The notes under the pieces were generated by a model. The model did not search any database and was not told the DNA's origin. It saw only the letters and a list, made by a program, of their open reading frames with translations. From Thermoplasmatota archaeon (lineage in GTDB: Archaea; Thermoplasmatota; Thermoplasmata; Halarchaeoplasmatales; Halarchaeoplasmataceae), in the NCBI GenBank assembly GCA_018334835.1, contig JAGXLF010000007.1, positions 1 through 39,293 of the forward strand: DNA of 39,293 bases, written 5' to 3'. Shown piece by piece: positions 1-9,067 of this stretch. Numbering within the stretch: position 1 is the first letter of the stretch; every line of letters starts with the position of its first letter. Made by a program: the position numbers and the translations under genes.

Positions 1-97
1 GATCTCGGAGATTCCCCCGACTTTCTGAGGAAGTATAGCTTCCTCGTCATGAGAGGAATTTTCAATTCCTCGTAATTTAGGCGGGGGAGTATGTCAA
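1..97 (+). mobile_element. Right end of an IS200/IS605-family element (rest lies upstream of the window)
   Basis: Guide GATT (10-13) precedes a subterminal stem CCCCCG(14-19)/CGGGGG(82-87), followed by AGTATG and TCAA (94-97). GATT/TCAA fits the IS608-type guide/cleavage pairing (guide2:C1, guide1:C2, guide4:C4). Confidence 0.75.
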
Positions 98-146
98 ATA
101 AAAATATATAACACCTCTCCATCTTTCCAGAAAAATAGTGAGTTAA

Positions 147-3100
147 GTGGATGAGATTAACGGCGATATCATAGAGTATGAACCTTCGATGGCGGAAGGC
201 GTAGCCGAGATGTTCAACAAGTTCAAGGAGTCGTGGCCGGGAGGATTCGGAGGAGGCGTCCCCTTCGACGAGGAAATGGTCAGGGACAGGATGGAAGAGA
301 GCTCCAGCATAGTGGATTACGTGGCTGTAGATGAAGATGGAATACCTGTTGGATTCTGCAATCTAGAACCTCACTGGGTTGATAAAGAGGCAGCCTATGT
401 AGGCCTCCTAGGAGTCATCTCACGGGCAAAGGGCAAGAAGTACGGTAAAAATCTCCTGCTGAAAACTCTCGAAAAGGCGATAGAAGAGAACATCGAAAGA
501 GTCGATCTTCACACCTGGTCAGGAAATCTGAAAGCGATGCCACTGTACAAAAAAATAGGCATGTTCTGGGTCCCCGAAACGTCGGTCTACATGCAGGATT
601 ACATCCCACTTCTCCACCAGAACGATCTCACCGAGGAGTGGTTCGATGTCCATCCTGACTGGTATCGATCACAGCGGAGAGATTTGAAACAGGAACCCGA
701 TGGTCTCACCGTAGAAGGGATGAAAATATACCGCTACAGATTCGAGGAAGGAGAAGATTGGATGGAGGTCGATATCGATAGGTACGGGTGGGGTATCACC
801 GGCATAAAAAGAAAACTCGATGATGAAAAGATAACGGTAAAAGCGAGGGTCGATTCCCATAATTTTCACATGGGCATAGAGAACAGATACACCTTGATGA
901 TCGAAAACGGAACCAGCGAAGAAAAAGAGTTATCTCTCGGGGTTAACAAGTTCGAGGGATTAAAATTTGAGGATAGTTTTCCCTCAGAGGTTAAAATAGG
1001 CGAAGGAGAAACGAAAAAGATATCTAGAGAGTTCCTGGTGAGTAAGAAAGCTAAGACCTATGAATCCAACCAAAAATCATCTGAAACCATCGATACAACG
1101 ATCAAGATAGGCGACAAAGAGTTCGAACTGACCACGGGAGGTAAGGTAGAACCTGCTGTTGAAGTCGGAAGCCAGAGAGATATGCATCAACTCTTCTCGG
1201 ATCAGAAAACGGACCTCTATTTCGACCTTAAAAATAATACGGAAAAGAGATTGAGCGGAAAAGTGGAATTCAACTCAGATGACAGTGAGGGAACAATCGA
1301 TTTTGAATTGGAAAAGAAGGAAAGCAGCGGATTTAAGATGCCGGTCGAGCCGCATTTTGAAGATAGAAAGATCGATTATATCGAATTTACACCATCCGTA
1401 CACAAAGAGGACGGACCTTTCCTTATGGAATCTTACTCACATCCTGTGGTAGAAGATAGTTTTGATCTTATAGCTTTAGCTAAGAAAGAGGACGAGGTTT
1501 TTCTAGTTAACGATCAGATAAAAGTTAAAGCGGAGCTTGAGGGAGGGAATATAAAGGTCAGTGAACTCACTAGGGATTCTGAACTTCCTTTCGAGATCAG
1601 TCAGCAGATCGGTCCTCCTTTCGGTAGAACACCTGATTCAACATTAGAATACGACCATGAGTTCACCGAAGATGAAGATGAAGTCGTTTTAACTTTGAAA
1701 GCTGAGAGCATTTACAAGCCCGGAGCTCTCATCAAGAAGCACTTAAAATTGAAGAAAAGATCGAACGAAGTTGAATTCTGGTCGGAGATAGAGAACGTCT
1801 CCGATGAAGACCTCGAGTGTGCCGCTAAAACCAACACCAGAAAATGGGACTTTCAGACGGAGCCGTATCAGGCAAAAGCCAGGATATACACGCCTTTGAA
1901 AGACCATATAGTAGAGAGCGATCCAGTGATCGACATGTTGTCGTCGACGATGATGCCCAAAGACCCCGATGAATGGGAAGAAACTTGGACCGCCTACGAG
2001 GATTTTGGAGATTCGGCTGTCTCCGGAATCATATGGGACGACGAAAACCTGGAAAAAGTGAAGATGGCTAGAGGTCTTTTAGAGGAACTGAAAAGTAAGA
2101 CCGAAAAAGTAGATCCTAGAGAGAAATTCAAGACCTCACATCTTTGGCTTTCGGTAAAAAAACCGTCGCTGAATTCATTCAGACAGACATGGAACCGGTT
2201 GGTCGGAAAACGAGAGATAAAACCGAACGAAAGAAGTTATGGGAAGCACAGGAGAAAACATATCGAAGCCTGTTTGGATGAAAATATTCTAGAGGTCGGA
2301 GAAAGGCACCATAGAAAAATAACGATCGATAAGGCAGTGGATTATCCCATGCCGGGCCAATATACTCTCAAGGCTTCCGATCATATGGAGATTTCCTTTA
2401 CTGACGGTAGGCGAACGAAAGAAGTATCCAAAGAGAAAGATGAGAAGGAGTTGATCTTACCTATAGATATCGACGTAAAAAAGGAGCTAAAAACTTATCT
2501 CGGGACCGTAAACCTTCACTTCAGCGGTGAGAGAGAACTTGATTTTGAACTTCCGCTGATAATCACAAAAGATGATAAGGTAGTTGTAGAACCAGAGAAG
2601 AAGAAAGGAGAAAGAGTACTCCGCGTGGATAACGGTGAAATAGAATTCGAAGTTCTAGATAATTTTGGGGGGAATCTCATCGGGCTCAAAACCTCGGAAG
2701 GAAACACCTATCTGGCGGACAGCTTTCCTGAGACAAAGCCGAAGAGCTGGTTCGAAAACTTAGTAGGCGGAATAGAACCAAGATTCATGACTCCTGAAGA
2801 TATTTATTCGTTCTTTGAGACCGAAAAAGTATCTTCAGAAAAGGTCAGTGAAGGTAGGTGGAAAGGCGTGAAGGCGGATTATGAGATCCAGGAAAACGAT
2901 TACCTGAGAGCACAAAGATTCTCCGTCAAGTACCTGACACTACCCGGAACTAAACTCATCAAGATTCGTATAACACATGATAATCCCAAGGATGGAGAGG
3001 TCAATTGGCTCGGTGAAATTTTCATGGATGTTTCATTGAACGGCGAGCTTGAAGAAACGACAGTTGAGAGCCCAGGAAAGTACGAGAATTGGAGTTGGTC

Positions 3101-3374
3101 CCACCAAAACCAGCAATTCGTCACACCAGCAAATATCGAGGAACCTGTGTTCCGGTTTAGCGACGGTGATATATCTCTTAGCGGATTTGCTCTGAAGAAT
3201 TCACCGGCCTTTCCTTCAGTGATATGCAATAAAGAGATACACATGGGCATCTTGGCTTCGAACATGATCTGTCCCCCTCACCAGAAAGAGCAGATAGAAC
3301 TAGGTATAGCTCTAGATATTCCAGAACAGGACATAGATAAGGCTAGAAAAGCGATGAAATCTAAATATAAGTAG
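147..3374 (+). CDS. Large GNAT-family acetyltransferase fusion (N-terminal GNAT plus ~900 aa beta-rich region)
   Basis: 1075-aa ORF, GTG start. GNAT motif A (YVGLLGVISRAKGKKYGKNLL) and motif B (GNLKAMPLYKKIG) in the first 140 aa; the rest is unassigned. Confidence 0.85.
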   Translation: MDEINGDIIEYEPSMAEGVAEMFNKFKESWPGGFGGGVPFDEEMVRDRMEESSSIVDYVAVDEDGIPVGFCNLEPHWVDKEAAYVGLLGVISRAKGKKYGKNLLLKTLEKAIEENIERVDLHTWSGNLKAMPLYKKIGMFWVPETSVYMQDYIPLLHQNDLTEEWFDVHPDWYRSQRRDLKQEPDGLTVEGMKIYRYRFEEGEDWMEVDIDRYGWGITGIKRKLDDEKITVKARVDSHNFHMGIENRYTLMIENGTSEEKELSLGVNKFEGLKFEDSFPSEVKIGEGETKKISREFLVSKKAKTYESNQKSSETIDTTIKIGDKEFELTTGGKVEPAVEVGSQRDMHQLFSDQKTDLYFDLKNNTEKRLSGKVEFNSDDSEGTIDFELEKKESSGFKMPVEPHFEDRKIDYIEFTPSVHKEDGPFLMESYSHPVVEDSFDLIALAKKEDEVFLVNDQIKVKAELEGGNIKVSELTRDSELPFEISQQIGPPFGRTPDSTLEYDHEFTEDEDEVVLTLKAESIYKPGALIKKHLKLKKRSNEVEFWSEIENVSDEDLECAAKTNTRKWDFQTEPYQAKARIYTPLKDHIVESDPVIDMLSSTMMPKDPDEWEETWTAYEDFGDSAVSGIIWDDENLEKVKMARGLLEELKSKTEKVDPREKFKTSHLWLSVKKPSLNSFRQTWNRLVGKREIKPNERSYGKHRRKHIEACLDENILEVGERHHRKITIDKAVDYPMPGQYTLKASDHMEISFTDGRRTKEVSKEKDEKELILPIDIDVKKELKTYLGTVNLHFSGERELDFELPLIITKDDKVVVEPEKKKGERVLRVDNGEIEFEVLDNFGGNLIGLKTSEGNTYLADSFPETKPKSWFENLVGGIEPRFMTPEDIYSFFETEKVSSEKVSEGRWKGVKADYEIQENDYLRAQRFSVKYLTLPGTKLIKIRITHDNPKDGEVNWLGEIFMDVSLNGELEETTVESPGKYENWSWSHQNQQFVTPANIEEPVFRFSDGDISLSGFALKNSPAFPSVICNKEIHMGILASNMICPPHQKEQIELGIALDIPEQDIDKARKAMKSKYK

Positions 3375-3495
3375 ACTTTCTCAGTAGTCATGGTTAATTA
3401 ATGGCTCGATCCCTACTTCATCTACTATTATCAAAAGAGTAATTCCCTCTATCTACAAGCATAAAATACTTCTATCTTGAATCAATCACAAAACC

Positions 3496-4335
3496 ATGAC
3501 GGGTATGAATTTCTTCAGGAGTAAGGATCTCGAGACCACAAAAGAATTCTACATGGATGAACTTGAAATGGACCTCTGGCTAGATCAGGATAAGTGCAAG
3601 ATAGTGAAAGACGGAAACCTTTTGCTCGGGTTCTGCGAAGGCGAAACCGTCGATGAAGGAGGAACTATCACTTTTTTCTACCGAACCAAAGAAGAAGTCG
3701 ACGAGATGTACGAAAAGTTCAAAGATAGGGCTAGGGGAGAACCATCAGAGAATGATTTTTTCCAAGTCTATCAGTTCTTCGCTGAGGACCCAGAAGGGAG
3801 AATCCTCGAATTTCAGACCTTTCTACACCATTTGGAGCCGTACATGGAAGGTATTGAGCTCCTAGAAAATAGAAGAAGCGTGAGGGACTACACTGATGAA
3901 AAAGTCTCTGAGAAAACTTTACAGAAAATATTTGAGACTTGTAGGTTCGCTCCAACTTCTGGGAACTCTCAGTCCTACTACTTTATGCCTATAAAAGATA
4001 AAGAGATTATCGAATTCATGGCGGAACGAAGAGGTAGCAACAGTCAACCCATAGCTGAAGCTCCCATGGCTGTCGCGATCTGCTGCGATCCAGATAAAAC
4101 TGGAAGGCCCCAACAGGACGGAGATATCGCCGCCTACCATTTCACTCTGACCGCATGGGCACACGGGCTCGGAACTTGTTGGATAGCCGCGATGGACAGA
4201 AAAGACGTAAAGGACAAATTAGGTATTCCGCAGGACCATTACATCGCAACTGTCACGCCGTTGGGCTATCCAAAAGAAATCCCGGAGACCCCATCGAGAA
4301 AAGAGGTCGAAGAATTCGTGAAGAGAATAGAGTGA
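3496..4335 (+). CDS. VOC/glyoxalase-like domain fused to a nitroreductase domain
   Basis: N-half DLETTKEFY...FFAEDPEGRILEF (VOC); C-half RRSVRDY...RFAPTSGNSQ...AWAHGLGTCW...LGYP (nitroreductase). Confidence 0.85.
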   Translation: MTGMNFFRSKDLETTKEFYMDELEMDLWLDQDKCKIVKDGNLLLGFCEGETVDEGGTITFFYRTKEEVDEMYEKFKDRARGEPSENDFFQVYQFFAEDPEGRILEFQTFLHHLEPYMEGIELLENRRSVRDYTDEKVSEKTLQKIFETCRFAPTSGNSQSYYFMPIKDKEIIEFMAERRGSNSQPIAEAPMAVAICCDPDKTGRPQQDGDIAAYHFTLTAWAHGLGTCWIAAMDRKDVKDKLGIPQDHYIATVTPLGYPKEIPETPSRKEVEEFVKRIE

Positions 4336-4343
4336 CACGATCA

Positions 4344-4988
4344 TCATTTGAATATATGCCCGGTCTCCTCGTGCCAGAGCACTAGATCCAGATGATGTAT
4401 AGGGATACCCAGCTCAGCGGAAAACTCTTCCATCTTTTCTTCTATCTCTAGGTATCTTTTTTTGGTCAACGTCTTAGGCTCCTCATCGATCACACCTAAT
4501 TCTACAAGATTTTTTAGTATGTGCCTGTCTAGTATCGCAAGTTTCTCACCTTTTCCGATATTCCGCAAAAAATGACTAGCTTCCTTGTATCCCAATCCTT
4601 TGACATTATCGACTATCCATTCCCGGGCCTCTTTCTGATCCTCGAATTGTGAGATCTTTTCTTTCAATGAGATATCTTCATCCACAAATTTCTCTCTAGC
4701 CCCGACCAGATAAGAGGCTTTATTGTTTCTGAACCTCACCTTCTTGATATTATCCGATATATTTTCCTTACAACCCTCTAAAAGCAGATTATCCTCTTTC
4801 AATTCTTGAACGGTCTCCCAACAAACCTTTGCTTTGGATTGAGGTGTGAAAAGACAGAAGACCATCTCGTCGAAGATCCTCTTATCGCCTTTCTCCCAAA
4901 TTTCATTGAAGTCCTTTATCCTTGATTTGATCTCGGGTTTTATCTTTTCATATGTTTCTTTTATATCATCTGTTTTGGAAACGGTCAT
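4344..4988 (-). CDS. ogg: 8-oxoguanine DNA glycosylase/AP lyase (Ogg2 type)
   Basis: FCLFTPQS, RFRNNKA, HhH motif VKGLGYKEASHFLRNIG, catalytic LAILDRH, C-terminal LDLVLW...GHIFK. Confidence 0.9.
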   Translation of the reverse strand: MTVSKTDDIKETYEKIKPEIKSRIKDFNEIWEKGDKRIFDEMVFCLFTPQSKAKVCWETVQELKEDNLLLEGCKENISDNIKKVRFRNNKASYLVGAREKFVDEDISLKEKISQFEDQKEAREWIVDNVKGLGYKEASHFLRNIGKGEKLAILDRHILKNLVELGVIDEEPKTLTKKRYLEIEEKMEEFSAELGIPIHHLDLVLWHEETGHIFK

Positions 4989-5031
4989 CTTTTATCATCA
5001 ACTTTCAAACTAGTACATCAATCCTTTCCTA

Positions 5032-5961
5032 CTATGCTCTTCTATCTATGCATCTTCTCACAGTGTAAACCACTGGCGTGAAGTGTTTCATCCAAAAATT
5101 ACCACCATAGATGTTAGCAGATTCCCCCTCAACATAAAGTCTCTCTAGATCTTCCTCCTCTGCCCATTCTATGGCCTTCTGAAGTAAAGCTTTCCCAATA
5201 CCTCTTCCTCTATGATCAGAATCAACATAGGCACCTGCGACTCTACAAGTTCTTTCATCGGTCATCAACCATGTTTCTGCGTCATTCTTTTTTAGATAGA
5301 TGTAGCCGACAGGTTCATCTTTTTGAAAAGCGGCTATTATCTCTCCCTCGATTTCGTCGTAATTGGCATTATCATCATCTGGTGGAAGCCAGAAAAGAGG
5401 GGCTTTTGGATAAAACTTATTATGTTTTTGGTCCAGATATTTGATAGGTTCTCTGTTTTCCAATCTTTTGAAAGATACGGAGGTATTGGTTACGTCTAGA
5501 TCTGATAGGTCTCTTAACAGTTCAAAGTGTGTCATGCCAAATCCCAGTCTAAAGAAGTTGTACGTAAGCTCATCATCTGGAGCCCATATACTGAAAATAT
5601 GCGTGTGATAACCCTCTTCAACCCAAATTTCTGACAGTCTTTCATACATCTGTTGGTAGATGATCTTCTTTCTCCTTTCTACAGAAGACTGTGAATATAG
5701 ATTCAAACTGAAGGCAGTCTTTTCTCCCATGAAGTCATCGGCCCTTGCGTTCTCTATCATATATCCAACCAGATCGTCATCTTGAAAAGCTGCCACACCT
5801 GGATCATCACAATCTTTTCTTAAACTCTCCTCGATCTCTTTTTGTAGGTTTTTTCTCTTAGGAATCAGAGGAACTTTTTTTCTTTGTCTCTCATAAGCCT
5901 CGATAAAAAGCTTTAAAGCTTCATCGATATATTCCCTCTCGAATTTTCTAATCTTTACCAT
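5032..5961 (-). CDS. GNAT-family N-acetyltransferase (probably tandem GNAT)
   Basis: C-terminal motif A YVDSDHRGRGIGKALL and ESANIYGGNFW; N-half has GNAT-like LVGYM and FFRLGFG. Confidence 0.85.
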   Translation of the reverse strand: MVKIRKFEREYIDEALKLFIEAYERQRKKVPLIPKRKNLQKEIEESLRKDCDDPGVAAFQDDDLVGYMIENARADDFMGEKTAFSLNLYSQSSVERRKKIIYQQMYERLSEIWVEEGYHTHIFSIWAPDDELTYNFFRLGFGMTHFELLRDLSDLDVTNTSVSFKRLENREPIKYLDQKHNKFYPKAPLFWLPPDDDNANYDEIEGEIIAAFQKDEPVGYIYLKKNDAETWLMTDERTCRVAGAYVDSDHRGRGIGKALLQKAIEWAEEEDLERLYVEGESANIYGGNFWMKHFTPVVYTVRRCIDRRA

Positions 5962-5978
5962 GTTGACCCTTTCCGAGA

Positions 5979-7805
5979 CTATTGGATATTTTTTAAACTA
6001 GCTTCTCCGTATTCATTAATAAATGATTCGATAGAATAGAGAAACATAGTATGATTGCCTGGAGAGCTCCTGATATTTCTGCCGAATGATCTGATCATTT
6101 CCTTCGCTTTGTCTTTGTATCTATCATCGCTAGTAATGCTCGATAGTTTTACTAAAGTTAACAATGCTACCGAATTTCCGGATGGATAGCTACCATCATG
6201 ACTCTCTTTTTTATTTATAGGCAGCTCCTCAGAAAAACTGAAGTAAAATCCTCCTTCACCTTCATCATAGAACTTGGCTATCATCTTTTCAGTTAAATCT
6301 TCTGCCTTCTTCATATATCCTTCTTTTCTATTGTTTTCGTACATCTCTAATAAGGCCCATATCAAAAAAGCGTAATCGTCCAACATCCCCTCGATCCTAA
6401 CCTCTCCCTCTATATATCTGTGGTACAATTGCCCCTCTTTTTCCAATTTGTCTAATATGAATTCGAGAGTATTTTCAGCTTCTTCATGGATTTCTTCATC
6501 GTCAAGAATTCTCGAAGCGAGGGCGAGACCTGCGATCATAAGACTGTTCCAATCTGTGAGTATCTTTTCATCTTTACCGGGAGAGTCTCTTGACATTCTC
6601 TTTTCAAAAAGAGTTTTTTTCATCTCTTCAAGTACTTCTTCAACGGCCTCTTTATCCTTACCAAATTGTTTAGCTGCATCTTCTAAATCTTCATCAATAT
6701 ACAGAACATTCTTTCCGGTATTTTTTCCAGTGGATTCTTCTCTGTAATTTCCCTCTTTCTTTATGTCGAAAACATATTTGAAAATCTCCGGTTCATCTAG
6801 TGCTTCATCGATCTCATCTTCGGACCAGATATAATAACCTCCTTCGATCCCACCGGCATCTGCATCTTCAGACGAATAAAAGCCTTCTGAGTCAGCTTTT
6901 AGTTCCCTTACCACATATTCTATAGTCTCCTCTGCTATATCTCTGAATATCTTTTTCCCCGATGCATCATAGGCCATATAATAGGCTATGACCAACATCG
7001 ACTGATCATACAACATCTTTTCGAAATGAGGCAATTTCCAATGTGGATCAGTGGAGTATCTGTGAAATCCATATCCTAGATGGTCGTAGATACCGCCCTT
7101 TCTCATCGCCTCTAAAGTTTTCTCCACCATCTCTAGCGCCTGTTCTTCCCCAGTCCTTTGCCAGAATTTCAATAAGAATAATAGATTATGGGGGGTTGGG
7201 AATTTTGGGGCGTTACCGAAACCGTGATTTTCCCAGTCAAAATTGTTTTTCAAATTACTATAAGCGTCATCTAGTACACTCAGGTCTATCCCTCTTCTCG
7301 ATGAACCGCTCTTCTCTTTTATCGAATCGATGATATTATCTGCTTTAGATAGCAGTCTATTTTTCTCATTTTTCCAGAGATTATCGATATTTTTAGTGAG
7401 GTCTTTCAGACCAGTCCGCCCCCCACTGCTTTCTTTAGGTATATAAGTTGCGGCGAAAAAAGGTTTCTTGTCGGGGGTCATCACGATATTCAAGGGCCAT
7501 CCTCCCGCTCCCGTTAAAGCTCTAGCCATACGCATATAGACCTTGTCGACATCCGGTCTTTCCTCTTTATCGACCTTTATACTGACAAAAACATCATTCA
7601 TCATCTCCGCTACTTCCTCGTCTTCAAAAGATTCACGCTCCATGACATGACACCAGTGGCAGGACGAATAACCGATGGAAAGAAAGATTGGTTTATTCTC
7701 TTCTTTAGCTTTGTCAAAGGCCTCTTCACCCCATGGATACCAATCTACGGGATTATCAGCGTGCTGCTGCAGGTATCTGCTCTTTTCATCTTTGAGATGG
7801 TTGAT
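5979..7805 (-). CDS. YyaL/SSP411 (DUF255) thioredoxin-domain protein, start extended to a non-canonical ATC
   Basis: The track ORF starts at 7643, but the frame continues as [29 protein letters not shown]...[17 protein letters not shown], the family N-terminus. Also [27 protein letters not shown]. No in-frame ATG/GTG/TTG before the upstream TAA; GGAGGT lies 6 nt before ATC at 7805. Confidence 0.88.
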   Translation of the reverse strand: MNHLKDEKSRYLQQHADNPVDWYPWGEEAFDKAKEENKPIFLSIGYSSCHWCHVMERESFEDEEVAEMMNDVFVSIKVDKEERPDVDKVYMRMARALTGAGGWPLNIVMTPDKKPFFAATYIPKESSGGRTGLKDLTKNIDNLWKNEKNRLLSKADNIIDSIKEKSGSSRRGIDLSVLDDAYSNLKNNFDWENHGFGNAPKFPTPHNLLFLLKFWQRTGEEQALEMVEKTLEAMRKGGIYDHLGYGFHRYSTDPHWKLPHFEKMLYDQSMLVIAYYMAYDASGKKIFRDIAEETIEYVVRELKADSEGFYSSEDADAGGIEGGYYIWSEDEIDEALDEPEIFKYVFDIKKEGNYREESTGKNTGKNVLYIDEDLEDAAKQFGKDKEAVEEVLEEMKKTLFEKRMSRDSPGKDEKILTDWNSLMIAGLALASRILDDEEIHEEAENTLEFILDKLEKEGQLYHRYIEGEVRIEGMLDDYAFLIWALLEMYENNRKEGYMKKAEDLTEKMIAKFYDEGEGGFYFSFSEELPINKKESHDGSYPSGNSVALLTLVKLSSITSDDRYKDKAKEMIRSFGRNIRSSPGNHTMFLYSIESFINEYGEASLKNIQ

Positions 7806-7842
7806 CTTAATACCTCCAAGATATTATACTCTCATAACAGGT

Positions 7843-8289
7843 TTATAATATCTTCCCAACCGTCGTGGCTATCTCTTCCAACACTTCTTCATCCACCCTG
7901 CTGAAACGTGATTTCACGTGTGAATCTATATCCAGTTCTCCCACAATCTCGCCTTCCTTGAAGATAGGCACCACTATTTCCGATTCCACCTTTGGACTGC
8001 AGGAAAGGTAATTATCCTCCTGCTTGACATCATCGATCAAAAAAGTCGATTCTCTCTCAGCCGCCTGGCCACATACACCTTCACCAAAATCGATGTTCGT
8101 GTGGTCTGTTGGTTCTCCCACATAAGGCCCTAAAACCAGCTCTTCGTCTTCAACGAGATAAAAGCCGATCCAATCGTAACCATCTAGCTCATTATGGAGG
8201 AACAAGCAGATGTCCTTCAATTTAGACTCTCTGTTTTCATCTTTTCCTACGATCTTCTTAACTTTTTCGATTATCTTTTTTTTCTCCAT
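7843..8289 (-). CDS. GAF-domain protein, free methionine-R-sulfoxide reductase type (fRMsr/MsrC/YebR)
   Basis: WIGFYL, LVLGPYVG, GEGVCGQAA, YLSCS, SEIVVP, GELDIDS. Start moved to ATG 8289 downstream of GGAGG (ATG 8298 is an alternative). Confidence 0.82.
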   Translation of the reverse strand: MEKKKIIEKVKKIVGKDENRESKLKDICLFLHNELDGYDWIGFYLVEDEELVLGPYVGEPTDHTNIDFGEGVCGQAAERESTFLIDDVKQEDNYLSCSPKVESEIVVPIFKEGEIVGELDIDSHVKSRFSRVDEEVLEEIATTVGKIL

Positions 8290-8294
8290 GATTA

Positions 8295-8636
8295 TCATTC
8301 CTCCTCTAGTTTTGTCCATTTTTCGACCGCTTCTCTAAGATGAGGTATAGTGATAGAACCTCCAACCACTAAACCGATGGACAGAGCCTCCATCATCTCC
8401 TCGTCGCTCACACCTTCTTCACTACAGCGGTTAAGATGATATTCTACGCAGTCATCACATTTTAAGACTAGTGAAGCTACCAATCCAAGTAGCTCTTTGT
8501 TCTTTTTGGAAAGCGCCCCTTCTTCGTACACCTGCATATCTAGATTGAAAAACCGTTTCATCTGTAAATTTCCTTTTTCCATCACCAGCTCGTTCAACCT
8601 TTCTCTCTTCTCCTCAAAACTTTCTTTTTCAATCAT
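8295..8636 (-). CDS. Carboxymuconolactone decarboxylase/AhpD-like protein
   Basis: GALSKKNKELLGLVASLVLKCDDCVEYH (CxxC plus His), GGSITIPHLR. Confidence 0.88.
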   Translation of the reverse strand: MIEKESFEEKRERLNELVMEKGNLQMKRFFNLDMQVYEEGALSKKNKELLGLVASLVLKCDDCVEYHLNRCSEEGVSDEEMMEALSIGLVVGGSITIPHLREAVEKWTKLEEE

Positions 8637-8676
8637 CGTTACAACAATATACGATTCTCTTTTAATTTTAACCCAA

Positions 8677-8715
8677 CCGAAAACTACATATAAGGATATT
8701 AGAATATACTAATAT
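8677..8715 (+). promoter_or_regulatory. arsR promoter (BRE/TATA) and 20-bp palindromic operator
   Basis: CCGAAAA followed by TATAAG about 30 nt before ATG 8720. ATATTAGAATATACTAATAT (8696-8715) matches its reverse complement at 18/20 positions. Confidence 0.65.
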
Positions 8716-8719
8716 AGAC

Positions 8720-9067
8720 ATGAAAGAGGAACGACCGGATGATGAACGGATCCATGAGATGCATGCCGAGTTATGCAAGATGCTCTCTCACCCTACAAGG
8801 TTGAAGATATTAGAGCAACTTAAGCAAGAGAATAAAACAGTTAAAGAGATCGTTGAAGCGATAGGAACGAGCCAGCCGACTGTATCGCAGCATCTAGGTG
8901 AACTAAAGAAACGTGGATTGGTCCGAGCGGAAAGAGATGGAAATAGTATGCAGTATCATATCGAATATCCAAAGATACTAGACGCCTGTGATATCATCCG
9001 GGAAGTCCTTTTCGAACGACTGTCTGAAGATCAAGAGTTGTTAAGAAGAGGTGAGAATTATGAGTGA
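8720..9067 (+). CDS. ArsR/SmtB-family transcriptional regulator
   Basis: LCKMLSHPTRLKIL...SQPTVSQHLGELKKRGLV...RDGNSMQY winged HTH. Confidence 0.92.
   Translation: MKEERPDDERIHEMHAELCKMLSHPTRLKILEQLKQENKTVKEIVEAIGTSQPTVSQHLGELKKRGLVRAERDGNSMQYHIEYPKILDACDIIREVLFERLSEDQELLRRGENYE

Noticed and set aside
7647-7904. 85-aa plus-strand ORF in the apparent gap before the YyaL-like gene
   Set aside because: Antisense to the true YyaL N-terminal extension (7644-7805).
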